Assembly: GCA_934155165.1 (NCBI GenBank)
Contig: CAKPGS010000002.1
Location: 1-53,479 of the forward strand
Length of the DNA: 53,479 nucleotides
Origin: an uncultured Clostridia bacterium
Lineage (GTDB): Bacteria > Bacillota > Clostridia > TANB77 > CAG-508
Direction of reading: 5' to 3'
Numbering within the stretch: the first letter of the stretch is position 1; the number at the start of each line of letters is the position of its first letter. A program made the position numbers and the translations under genes. Shown piece by piece: positions 37,583-47,029 of this stretch. The notes below the pieces were generated by a model that was not told the origin of the DNA, ran no database searches, and was given only the letters and a program-made list of their open reading frames with translations.

Positions 37583-38569
37583 TTATTTATTGTATATATA
37601 TTTTTGTGGATTCACAGCAGTCCCATTTATGTGAATTTCAAAATGTAAATGGGAACCTGTTGAATTTCCTGTTGAACCTACTGCCGCAATAATATCTCCA
37701 GCTTTCACTTTTTCTCCAACTTTAGCATATAATTTGCTACAATGAGCATACCAGGTTTCAACTCCATTTTCATGTTGTACTTTTATTAAATTTCCATAAG
37801 ATCCTTTGTTAGCTGCAAATATTACCTTTCCAGAACTACAAACTTTTATGTCTGTTCCTTTTGGTGCAGCTATATCTAAACCTGTATGAGCACCACTTCT
37901 CACTCTGCTAACTTCTGCAAATCTTGAAGTTATACTTCCTGAAACTGGTTTTACTGCAATTGCAACATCATTAACAACAGCTATTGCATCTTTATTTTCT
38001 TCTTCTTTAATTTGAACATTTGCAATTTCACTAATTTTTTCAACTGCATTTTCTGCTTCTACTGTATTTACTTTTTCCTCAGAATAAACTTGTTTTATGT
38101 TTACATCTATCTTTTGATCTTCACTATTATATTGTTCATTTAAAGTTTTTATAGTATTTTCAGCATCTTCTTCTGTTTTTACATATGTTTTTATATCATT
38201 ATCTACCGTAATTCCATATGCAGTATATGTTGTTTTAGAGTTTTCTTTTACTGTTTCTAGAACTTCTTGTTCATTAGTAGTAACCGTATTTTCCACTAAT
38301 TTAAACTCGTAATTTGGTTTTGAATCGACAGTTATAAATGCTATGCTTTCGTTTTCTTTATTATCTGTAAATTCATTAATTAAACTATTAAATTCATTTT
38401 TATTTTTCACATATCCAATTTCTGTACCATTTATTTCTACTTTGTATAAAGGTTTGTACTTAATTAAGATTATACCTATTATAAGAATTAAAGCTACTGC
38501 TATTATTTTTGTTACTTTTAAAATTTCTTTCGTGCAGTGTTTTATTCTCGATTTAAAAATATAATTCAC
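37583..38569 (-). CDS. M23-family peptidase with N-terminal TM anchor
   Basis: C-terminal HTGLDIAAP...GSTGNSTGSHLHFEI LytM domain. Confidence 0.85.
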   Translation of the reverse strand: MNYIFKSRIKHCTKEILKVTKIIAVALILIIGIILIKYKPLYKVEINGTEIGYVKNKNEFNSLINEFTDNKENESIAFITVDSKPNYEFKLVENTVTTNEQEVLETVKENSKTTYTAYGITVDNDIKTYVKTEEDAENTIKTLNEQYNSEDQKIDVNIKQVYSEEKVNTVEAENAVEKISEIANVQIKEEENKDAIAVVNDVAIAVKPVSGSITSRFAEVSRVRSGAHTGLDIAAPKGTDIKVCSSGKVIFAANKGSYGNLIKVQHENGVETWYAHCSKLYAKVGEKVKAGDIIAAVGSTGNSTGSHLHFEIHINGTAVNPQKYIYNK

Positions 38570-38606
38570 TCTCCTTTTACTGTATTTTTATGCACAGCCA
38601 AAATCT

Positions 38607-38635
38607 ATTATACTACATATTGTTGACATTTTCAA
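38607..38635 (-). promoter_or_regulatory. Sigma-A-like promoter for the M23 peptidase gene
   Basis: Minus strand TTGAAA, 17-nt spacer, TATAAT. Confidence 0.5.
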
Positions 38636-38645
38636 GTTATGTATA

Positions 38646-38682
38646 CCAAAAAACTTGCAAATTAACAAAAATTTGCAAGTTT
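38646..38682 (-). terminator. Intrinsic terminator after the TSCPD gene
   Basis: cttgcaaat / atttgcaag stem followed by TTTTTT on the minus strand. Confidence 0.7.
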
Positions 38683-38728
38683 AAATCCTAATCATTTCAA
38701 AATATGGTTATGTTACCTCTTTTTTCCT

Positions 38729-38986
38729 TTATTTTTCTTCTTTTTTCTTGTATTCTTCTAAAGCAATGGCTAATTGATCTGGGCAAGAAGTTCCTTTATA
38801 GCCGCATTGTATTCCTTTTAATTTTTTTATTATTTCATCTATAGTTAAGCCTTCAATTAATTTAGCAACACCAACAGTATTGCCTGGACATCCACGTACG
38901 ATTTTTACACTTTTTACAATATCGCCTTCAATTTCAAAAATCATTTTTTGTGAACAAACACCTTTTGGTTCATATATATATTCCAT
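38729..38986 (-). CDS. TSCPD domain protein (TIGR03905-like)
   Basis: 85 aa, CPGN...G..C....TSCPDQL motif. Confidence 0.75.
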   Translation of the reverse strand: MEYIYEPKGVCSQKMIFEIEGDIVKSVKIVRGCPGNTVGVAKLIEGLTIDEIIKKLKGIQCGYKGTSCPDQLAIALEEYKKKEEK

Positions 38987-39065
38987 TTCCTTTTCCTCCT
39001 TTTAATAGACCTGTCCCTAATACCGACAAATTGTCGCTTGGGGGACTGTCCCCAATGCGGACAAA

Positions 39066-39090
39066 AAAATGACCCTAAGGTCATTTTTGT
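39066..39090 (-). terminator. Intrinsic terminator after spoVG
   Basis: aaaaATGACC-ctaa-GGTCATtttt. Confidence 0.75.
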
Positions 39091-39101
39091 TTCTTTATTT
39101 A

Positions 39102-39368
39102 TTATTCTGCTGATTCTTCTTCTGGAGCGTTGTAAGCTTCTAATATAGCAGCTTGTATTTTCTCTCTAGTTTCAGCATTGATTGGATGAGCTATATCTTT
39201 GAATTCTCCGTTTGGAGTTTTTTTGCTTGGCATAGCAATAAATAACCCATCTTTTTCGATAACTTTGATATCGTGTACTACGAATTCATTATCGAATGTT
39301 ACAGAAGCAACAGCTTTCATTCTGTTTTCTGAATTTACTTTTCTTAAACGTACATCTGTTATTTGCAT
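39102..39368 (-). CDS. spoVG: Septation protein SpoVG
   Basis: [11 protein letters not shown]....[19 protein letters not shown]...GLFIAMPS.K...GEF.DIAHPIN...R..I. The start at 39368 gives the canonical length of about 88 aa. Confidence 0.95.
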   Translation of the reverse strand: MQITDVRLRKVNSENRMKAVASVTFDNEFVVHDIKVIEKDGLFIAMPSKKTPNGEFKDIAHPINAETREKIQAAILEAYNAPEEESAE

Positions 39369-39574
39369 TTTGTGCACCGCCTTCCAATGTTTTTTATTTT
39401 GTACATTTCTTCTTATGTACATTAATATTATTCGGCAAAAAAATATTTTTTCCTTCTTATTTTTCAAAAAAAATTAACAATTTTAATCTCTCTTCATATT
39501 ATAAATAAAGTATTGTATTTTTTGCTGGTTAAGTGTATAATTTAAAAGCTAATAAAAAAATTGGGGGTTATTTT

Positions 39575-40960
39575 ATGCCAAATATAGATTTAATTAAAAA
39601 ATATAATAGAGTACATATGCTAGGTATTGGTGGAGTAAGTATGAGTGGTATCGCTGAAATTTTAAATAATTTTGGTGTTGTTGTTACTGGTTCAGATATG
39701 AACGATTCTGAAATTATACATAAACTTATTTCTAATAATATTAAAGTTACTATTGGACATAATTTAGAGGATTTATCTAAGGCAGAAGCAGTTATTTATT
39801 CTGCTGCTATTAAAGATACAGATCCTGAAATGGTTAAAGCAAAAGAACTAAATATTCCAACTATAGAAAGATGTGACTTTTTAGGAATGCTAACAAAGGC
39901 TTTTGAAAATACTATTGGTGTTTCTGGTACTCATGGAAAAACCACTACAACTTCTATGGTTTCTTTATGTTTTATTGAAGCAGGTTTAGACCCAAGTATA
40001 CAAGTTGGAGCTATTTTAAAGGCTATAGATGGAAATTATAGAATTGGTAATAGCGAGAACTTTATAATTGAAGCTTGTGAATATGTTGAAAGCTTTTTAA
40101 AATTCTATCCTAAAGCAGAAATAATTTTAAATATAGATAATGACCATTTAGATTATTTTAAAAATATAGAAAACATCCAAAAAGCATTTGCAAAATATGT
40201 AAGAATTATTCCTGATGATGGACTTTTAGTATTAAATGGTGATGATTCTAGATGCTTAGAACTTGCAAAAGAGACTAATGCTAAAACTTTAACATATGGT
40301 ATTACAAATAAAAATACAGATTTCTTTGCAGTTAATATTTCTTTTGATAATGATGGTTTTCCTGAATTTGATGTTTATAAAGATCAAAAATTTTATAACA
40401 GATTTAAACTTTATGTACCAGGAATGCATAATATTTTGAATGCTTTAGCTTGTATTTCTTTATGTGATTCTTATGGTATTTCTAGTGAAACAATAAAAAC
40501 AGCTTTAACAAAATTTAGAGGCGCTGATAGGCGTTTTGAGTATAAAGGGAAAGTAAATGGTTCTAGTATATTTGATGACTACGGTCATCATCCAACAGAA
40601 ATTTTAGCCACAGCTAAAGCCTTAATGAATAAAAAGTATAATAAATCTTGGGTTGTTTTTCAACCACACACATATAGTAGAACTTTTAATTTATTGGAGG
40701 ACTTTGCACATAGCTTGCTAAACTTTGATAATATAATTGTTATAGATATTTATGCTGCGAGAGAAACAAATACTTATAATATTTCTTCTAAAGATTTGGT
40801 AGATAAACTTGTTTCCTTTGGAGCAAATGCAAAATATATTCCAGAATTTGATGAAACAGTAAAATATTTAAAGGAGAATGATAAAGAAAATGATATTGTT
40901 TTAACACTTGGGGCTGGAACAGTTACCAAAATAGGAACAATGTTAAAAGATGCAGATTAA
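39575..40960 (+). CDS. murC: UDP-N-acetylmuramate--L-alanine ligase
   Basis: HMLGIGGVSMSGIA, GTHGKTTTTSM, Mur ligase middle and C-terminal domains. Start at 39575 after GGGGGT. Confidence 0.95.
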   Translation: MPNIDLIKKYNRVHMLGIGGVSMSGIAEILNNFGVVVTGSDMNDSEIIHKLISNNIKVTIGHNLEDLSKAEAVIYSAAIKDTDPEMVKAKELNIPTIERCDFLGMLTKAFENTIGVSGTHGKTTTTSMVSLCFIEAGLDPSIQVGAILKAIDGNYRIGNSENFIIEACEYVESFLKFYPKAEIILNIDNDHLDYFKNIENIQKAFAKYVRIIPDDGLLVLNGDDSRCLELAKETNAKTLTYGITNKNTDFFAVNISFDNDGFPEFDVYKDQKFYNRFKLYVPGMHNILNALACISLCDSYGISSETIKTALTKFRGADRRFEYKGKVNGSSIFDDYGHHPTEILATAKALMNKKYNKSWVVFQPHTYSRTFNLLEDFAHSLLNFDNIIVIDIYAARETNTYNISSKDLVDKLVSFGANAKYIPEFDETVKYLKENDKENDIVLTLGAGTVTKIGTMLKDAD

Positions 40961-40973
40961 TAATCTGCATCTT
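40947..40973. terminator. Perfect palindrome spanning both convergent stop codons (bidirectional terminator candidate)
   Basis: aagatgcagattaAtaatctgcatctt, flanked by A-rich sequence upstream and T-rich sequence downstream. Confidence 0.6.
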
Positions 40974-42858
40974 CTTTATTTGTATATCCTAAAATTTGGT
41001 TTATATTGTTTATAGATTTTGTAAGTCTCTTGGTATCAATTTTAGTGTTTTTTAGTTTATTTAACATATCTTCTAAATTTTGATTATACACGGGTTCTGC
41101 TACTTGAGAAGGCCTCTCCTCTTTTACATTAATTTTAGAGTATATATTAGAATTGTAATTTTGTTTTTGCACTGGAACTTGATATCTTGTATTACTTTCA
41201 TTTTCTTTTCTTACAGTTTCACTATATTGTTTTATTTCATTTCTATTACGCATTATTTTTTCTTGTGTTTTTATATTACTATCTAAAAGCTTTAATTTAC
41301 TTTCAAATAATTTATTATACTTAGCTTCCATTGCTTTTATTTTTTTATCTATTAATCTTTCCATTTCAGCTTCCTGCAAAGCACCCAAAGATGTAATGTT
41401 TTCATACTTATCTTCAAGATTACCAACAATAGATAATACAGCTTGTGTTTGCATTTCCATATTACTTACTTGATTTGCTAAATTTTCCAATTTTTCAATA
41501 GTTTCGTTATAATTCAACTCATTTAATTGTTCGTAGAATTCTTGTTTTAAATCTGATTCAACTCTTAGTACCCTATTTTCGCTTTTTAAATCAGTTTCAT
41601 TTACTAATTCTTTTATTGTTGTAATTGCTTCATTAATTGTAGAAATTGTTTCGTTATAATTTAAGTTTTTAATTTTTTCCTCTAGCTCTTGTTTTATTGA
41701 ATTTTCTAGAATTCTATTATTTTCTTCATTTTCTTTTTTGGTTTCTGACTGTTTTGCATATAAATCTGTTATTGATAAATTTAGTTTTCCAACTGTTTCT
41801 TCATATTTTAAGTTATCTATTTTCTCATTTATTTTTGAATTTATGTTATCAACTCTTTCATTTATCTCTGAATTATTATTTTTTATTGTTATTTCATTGC
41901 TAATTTGTTTTTCTGATATAGTTTCTATTTTATTATTCAAGTTTGAAATTGTATCTGTATATTTTAATTCTTCAATTTTAGTATTAAGTTGATTTTGCAA
42001 TGTGTTTTCTACTAATTGAAATTTGTTATCTGTGAATTCTAGCTTAGTATCTAAATCTTCTTTTATATTTTCTACTTTATCTTTTAGTTCTTTAATAATT
42101 TGAATATAATTTAATTCATTTATTTTTTCTTCTAATTCTTTTTTTAGTTTTTCACCTATATTGTTTATATTTTCTTTGGTTTGTTCGTGTTCTATTGCAT
42201 TTTCTTCTTCTATTTCTCTAATACAAGAGTTTATATTTTTTATGGTTTCATCATAATTTAAGTTTTCTATTTTTTGATTAAGTGAATTGTTTACTATGTC
42301 TATTTCTTTATATATTTCTTGTTTATTTAATTGTAAAGCTTTTATTGTTTTTTCTTGCCTACCTATTGCTGTTCGGCTTCTACCATCTTTTGCAATTTCA
42401 TCTAGCTTTAATTTTAATTCTTCAAGATATTTTTCTGTATGTTCAGATATCTTTTCTTCACTGTTTTTTGCCTTTTCAATAATGTTGTTTATTTCTTCTG
42501 TTGCTTCTTCACTAAAACTTGCAAATTTTTCTTTTTCTTCTCTTATTTTATTTTCTAATTCTAATTGTACTTTATAAGATAATTTATTTAATTCAATTTC
42601 TATTTTTTTACTATCTACTGTATTACTTAGTAAATCATCTAATTGTTTTTTTATTTCTTCAAGTTCTATATCGTATTTATTATTATTTATATTGTCGCCA
42701 AAGCGCAAAGATAAACAGTCTTCTATTTTATTTATATTAGACTGTAAATCCTCAATTTTAGAATCAAATACCTTTTTTTGGTAATCATATATTTTTTCAA
42801 CATCCTGTTTTTTTATATATTCTTCTAAATTTGGCTTTAATTTCATATAATTCTCCAT
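40957..42858 (-). CDS. Long coiled-coil protein with six repeats of about 49 aa
   Basis: 633 aa. Repeated anchors NLNYDETI, ELNYIQII, ELKYTDTI, NLKYEETV, NLNYNETI, ELNYNETI at a period of about 49 aa. Confidence 0.6.
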   Translation of the reverse strand: MENYMKLKPNLEEYIKKQDVEKIYDYQKKVFDSKIEDLQSNINKIEDCLSLRFGDNINNNKYDIELEEIKKQLDDLLSNTVDSKKIEIELNKLSYKVQLELENKIREEKEKFASFSEEATEEINNIIEKAKNSEEKISEHTEKYLEELKLKLDEIAKDGRSRTAIGRQEKTIKALQLNKQEIYKEIDIVNNSLNQKIENLNYDETIKNINSCIREIEEENAIEHEQTKENINNIGEKLKKELEEKINELNYIQIIKELKDKVENIKEDLDTKLEFTDNKFQLVENTLQNQLNTKIEELKYTDTISNLNNKIETISEKQISNEITIKNNNSEINERVDNINSKINEKIDNLKYEETVGKLNLSITDLYAKQSETKKENEENNRILENSIKQELEEKIKNLNYNETISTINEAITTIKELVNETDLKSENRVLRVESDLKQEFYEQLNELNYNETIEKLENLANQVSNMEMQTQAVLSIVGNLEDKYENITSLGALQEAEMERLIDKKIKAMEAKYNKLFESKLKLLDSNIKTQEKIMRNRNEIKQYSETVRKENESNTRYQVPVQKQNYNSNIYSKINVKEERPSQVAEPVYNQNLEDMLNKLKNTKIDTKRLTKSINNINQILGYTNKEDADY

Positions 42859-42923
42859 ACTATTTTATTTTTCTACATTATTTTATACTTTTTTCGTAAA
42901 AAAATCAATGAATTTTTATTATT

Positions 42924-44160
42924 TTATTTAGTTGTTCTCATTTGTTTTAACATCATATCTCCAAATACTGCATAACCTTCTTTTGAATTGTTTACTAATA
43001 CATGTGTTATTGCCCCAATAAACTTTCCATTTTGTATTATTGGACTACCACTCATTCCTTGTATTATTCCACCTGTTTTTTCTATTAATTTTTCATCTGT
43101 TACACTTATTAACATACTTTTATTATTAGAATTATTGTTATAATATATTTTATCTATATTTATTTTATATTCTTGTGGTCCTGTATCATCTAAAGTACAA
43201 AAAATAGTTGCTTCTCCTGTTTTTATTTCACTTCTATTTGCTACTTCTAGTGCATTTTTCGTATTTATATTTAATGGAGAGGAATTATTTATTTTTCCAT
43301 ATATTCCGAAAAAAGTATTTTTGTTTATTTCTCCTATTGATGTTCCATTTTCTATGCTTCCTTTTATTTCTCCCGGTTTTCCATTTTCTCCTTTTACTAT
43401 TGAAACTATTTTACTTGTAACTAATTCTCCTTTTCCTATATCTATTAATTTACTTGTATCTACATCTAATATTCCATGACCTAATGCAGCAAATTCTTTT
43501 GTTTCTGGCTCATAAAAGGTTATAGTTCCAACTCCGTGCTGCAGCATCTCTTACCCATAGACCTAGTTTGTATTCATTCTTTGCAGTTTCAACCGGTAAT
43601 ACACTTGTGTTTTTTTCTTCTCCTTCTCTTATATATTTTACTGTAACTGCTTTTCCTTCGCATTTATTTACATTTTTTATTAAATCTGCTGTACACGTAA
43701 TAGCTTTATTATTTATTTCTACTATCATATCTCCTTCTTCAATTCCTGTATTTTCGTATGGTTTATATTTTACTTTATCTATTCCTTCTATTTCACTCAT
43801 ACCAACAATTAACACACCATTTGTGTATAATTTAGCCCCAATAGAATTTCCACAAATCACAACGCTTTGCTTTGGTATAACATTTACATTAATGTCTTTT
43901 AATTTTAGATTAGCAATATTAACAGATAAATTATAAGTACCAGATTTGTTATAATTATCTGTTTGTGTTTTATTATCTTCTATATTATCTGAAACAGTTG
44001 TAGTTAGCTCATTAGAAATATTTAAGCCTAAAATAGTAGGAATACTTACGCTTTCGCCCTCAAATAAAATAACATTGCTTGGAATAGAATCTAAACAATT
44101 TATATATACAAAAATAATGGTTAAACTAATTATTAATAACATTTTTTTGAAAGTTTTCAT
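42924..44160 (-). pseudogene. spoIVB: SpoIVB peptidase (S55) interrupted by a 1-nt frameshift
   Basis: The N-terminal ORF (43510-44160: signal anchor, PDZ) ends ...KLGLWVRDAAA. The C-terminal ORF (42924-43547) continues GVGTITFYEP...GMSGSPI in another frame. The frames join if one base near 43536 is removed. Confidence 0.8.
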
Positions 44161-44236
44161 AAATCTACTCTCCTATGTATTTTTAAATTTAGTTTAACCA
44201 TTTTTTATATTTTTAATGAAGTAAATTAAGAAATAA

Positions 44237-44461
44237 TTATAATTTTGATAAAAAATCTTCTATTGAAATATCTGCTTGCTCTAAGATGCTTTTTAATGTT
44301 CCTCTTGCAATCTCTGAATGCATTGGAATTATACAAACTTTATTTGAATTATAATTTTTATATTTAGCATGACTTCCCTTCTGCGAAACTTTAAAAAATC
44401 CATATTTTAATAAAACTTTAATTATGTCTTTTGGTGGCAATATTGGATATTTTGAACTCAT
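44237..44461 (-). CDS. hicA: HicA-family mRNA interferase toxin
   Basis: 74 aa: K..IK.L...GF......GSH.....N.....IP.H.EI..GTL.SIL.QA. Confidence 0.8.
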   Translation of the reverse strand: MSSKYPILPPKDIIKVLLKYGFFKVSQKGSHAKYKNYNSNKVCIIPMHSEIARGTLKSILEQADISIEDFLSKL

Positions 44462-44661
44462 ATTACCACCTCCAATGTTGTAATGAAAATATTTTTTGGT
44501 ATATTGGGTTCTTCATCTTGAAAGAACAATTCTAGAGCTTCTTTTAAGTTTTGCATAGCTTCTTCAATAGTTTTTCCTTGTGAAGCAACATTATTATCTA
44601 AACATTTAGCTACATACCAATTTTCTTCTTTTGAAATCATTACATTGTATTTAATGCTCAT
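44458..44661 (-). CDS. hicB: HicB-family (UPF0150) antitoxin
   Basis: 67 aa: ....E...W.A.C......SQG.T.EEA..NL.EALEL. 4-nt overlap with hicA. Confidence 0.75.
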   Translation of the reverse strand: MSIKYNVMISKEENWYVAKCLDNNVASQGKTIEEAMQNLKEALELFFQDEEPNIPKNIFITTLEVVI

Positions 44662-44689
44662 AATTTTTCCTCCTTTTTATTTTTTGTAT

Positions 44690-44711
44690 GGGCACGGTGC
44701 TTACCGTGCCC
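44690..44711 (-). repeat. GC-rich stem-loop, REP-like family variant lacking GTAG
   Basis: GGGCACGG-tgctta-CCGTGCCC. Same stem as the copies at 46985, 49261 and 50041. Confidence 0.7.
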
Positions 44712-44743
44712 TTATATAATAATTTTATTTAAAATAAGTAGAA

Positions 44744-46240
44744 TTATTCTGACATTCCAAAATTTAATGATTTGTAATTTACATATCGTTCTCTGTATAA
44801 TGCTGTGTAGTATGCTCTTTTTACCGTATCACTTACATTGTTATTACTCATAGCTTCTTGTATTGTATTATATGTGCTTGATGAGGTTACAATGCATTCA
44901 TAACAGGCTGTTGGGTAATCTCTCTCTTGCTTATTAGGATTATTGTGTTGATAATAATAGTTTTCCTCAGTTATATTACCATTTCCTGTTGCTGTATAGC
45001 TTTTTCTTCCAAAGGTTGTATTTCTATATCCTATTACATTACCAGTTATGCTTTGATTTTCTTTACATGTTATTCTATGATATTTATTGTTATTATTATC
45101 TATTAAATATATTTCACTTGGATTTACAAATTCTCTACTTTGTGTGTTTGTTACAACACTGTATCCTCTATAATATTTATTTTTTAGTGGTAGACCTTGC
45201 ATAAATGATATTAAACTTACATTGTTTATTATGTCGTCCCATTCTGTTTCATCTAAATCTGGCATTCTGAAGTCTTCATATTCTCCCATATAGTTTTGTA
45301 GTGTTGATTGTAAATTTGATTGTATAGATTTTTTTATTATCTCTCTTCTATGTTCATTAAATGCACTTGAATAATCATCTGGATCGTTGTTATTGTTAAT
45401 CCTTAAATAACTAGCTTGACTACCCAATTTATTATTTACCCAATTTGTAAATTCATTTGATTCATTTTTATATTTATTTGCACTATCATCTTCAGTAGTA
45501 TTTCCTAGCAAATCTTTATATTGCTTTATTGTTACTTCTTGTAATTTACCTGTTGTTGAATATTCATACCACTTACCATCAAGCAAATAAAATTTATTGC
45601 TTTGTGATGAATCTCCTATTTTCATATATTTATAAGGAACATTATATTTTATTTCACCATTGAAATCTATATTTTCTTTTAAGTTTTCACTTGTTTCTAC
45701 TGTATTTGCACTATTACATAAATATCCTGACTTAGTGACACTCTCTCCATTTACTGTTCCAGCAACCATTATATAACTATCTAAGGTATATGAAACAGTT
45801 ACATTCACATTATTACCAATTATAGGTTCTGTGTAATACACATATGGTTTTAAGCCATATTCTTTGTTACCATCGTTATTTTTATAACCTGTATAAATAT
45901 AATATCCATCGTATAATGTGTATACTAAACAAGGAATATATCCTCTTAAATCTTCTTCTGTATAACCACTAACTCCCATAGATGATGCAAGTGAATTATA
46001 AAAAGATTGTACAGATGCTTGTACATCTCTTATTTTTTCTGTTGGTATGTTTTCAGTTGTACTGTTGCTTTCATTTATTTGAAATGATTTTATTGCATCG
46101 TAAGTTGCATTATTTAGTCTTGAATCATATGCTGATTGCATTGTTATTGTTGATATTTCTGTTTTTATAAATTGTGATACAACCATTGTTATTGGTAATA
46201 TGATTATTATAAATAATACGGTTAGAGTTTGTAGTTTCAT
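44744..46240 (-). CDS. Large pilus-locus protein (498 aa) with N-terminal hydrophobic anchor. Tip, adhesin or TadG-like role is only inferred
   Basis: N-terminus MKLQTLTVLFIIIILPITMVV, N/Y/T-rich extracellular body. Last structural gene of the locus. Confidence 0.55.
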   Translation of the reverse strand: MKLQTLTVLFIIIILPITMVVSQFIKTEISTITMQSAYDSRLNNATYDAIKSFQINESNSTTENIPTEKIRDVQASVQSFYNSLASSMGVSGYTEEDLRGYIPCLVYTLYDGYYIYTGYKNNDGNKEYGLKPYVYYTEPIIGNNVNVTVSYTLDSYIMVAGTVNGESVTKSGYLCNSANTVETSENLKENIDFNGEIKYNVPYKYMKIGDSSQSNKFYLLDGKWYEYSTTGKLQEVTIKQYKDLLGNTTEDDSANKYKNESNEFTNWVNNKLGSQASYLRINNNNDPDDYSSAFNEHRREIIKKSIQSNLQSTLQNYMGEYEDFRMPDLDETEWDDIINNVSLISFMQGLPLKNKYYRGYSVVTNTQSREFVNPSEIYLIDNNNNKYHRITCKENQSITGNVIGYRNTTFGRKSYTATGNGNITEENYYYQHNNPNKQERDYPTACYECIVTSSSTYNTIQEAMSNNNVSDTVKRAYYTALYRERYVNYKSLNFGMSE

Positions 46241-46294
46241 AAATTTTTTCCTTTCGATTTTTTATTAATACTTTTCTAGACAAAAAAGCCACGC

Positions 46295-46320
46295 GGGTCG
46301 TCGGGGACGCCGACCCCTAC
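46295..46320 (-). repeat. REP-like GC-rich stem-loop with GTAG flank
   Basis: GGGTCGtCGgggaCGcCGACCC followed by CTACAACGTCTGA (plus strand). Confidence 0.75.
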
Positions 46321-46387
46321 AACGTCTGACAATTATTATTTTATAACAAATAATATTAATAAAGCCCTTATAATAAGGGCCTTAGTT

Positions 46388-46921
46388 TTAGTAATTTCCT
46401 CCGTTTGAAGTTATTATTCCTGAGTGAGATGCTGCTATTGATGATGTATCGTTTCCTGCTACTCTATATAAAAAGTTTCTTAGTAACTGTGCTATTGTTG
46501 TATTTGTGTTTAGTGCCTTTACAGTAACTATATCTCCTTCTTTTAATACTTTTTTATGCTTGTCATTCTGTTCAATTTCATTTAATATTTGCGTTGTATA
46601 TTGTGTATAATATATATTTTCTCCTATTTTTGTATAATATGTTTGTGTTGTTTTTACTCCTGGGTTTTCATCTAATACTTGTACTTCTATTTGAACATCG
46701 AATGTATTTCCTGTTGAATTTATTGTTTGTACGTATTTATCGTATGCATCTTGTGTTATTTTTCCTGTTGAACGTATATTCTCAACAAATTCTGTTGTTG
46801 CATTTTGTACTGAAAGTTGAGATGTACTATCGCTATTTTCTGAAACTGTTAGTAAAGGAAACACAAACATTAATACTGCAGCAAGTACTATTACTACAAC
46901 TGTAATTAATGAATCTCCCAT
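46388..46921 (-). CDS. Pilus-locus protein (177 aa) with N-terminal hydrophobic helix (minor pilin or TadE-like candidate)
   Basis: MGDSLITVVVIVLAAVLMFVFPLL. RBS AAGGAGG. Confidence 0.55.
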   Translation of the reverse strand: MGDSLITVVVIVLAAVLMFVFPLLTVSENSDSTSQLSVQNATTEFVENIRSTGKITQDAYDKYVQTINSTGNTFDVQIEVQVLDENPGVKTTQTYYTKIGENIYYTQYTTQILNEIEQNDKHKKVLKEGDIVTVKALNTNTTIAQLLRNFLYRVAGNDTSSIAASHSGIITSNGGNY

Positions 46922-46984
46922 TTTTCAAAACCTCCTTAACATTCTATTTATTTATGTTTTTAAATTTTTATTTTTTTGAATTGA

Positions 46985-47008
46985 GGGCACGGAGCACCGT
47001 GCCCCTAC
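46985..47008 (-). repeat. REP-like GC-rich stem-loop with GTAG flank
   Basis: GGGCACGG-agca-CCGTGCCC followed by CTACAATCTTTGA. Confidence 0.75.
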
Positions 47009-47029
47009 AATCTTTGATTTATTTTTGTA

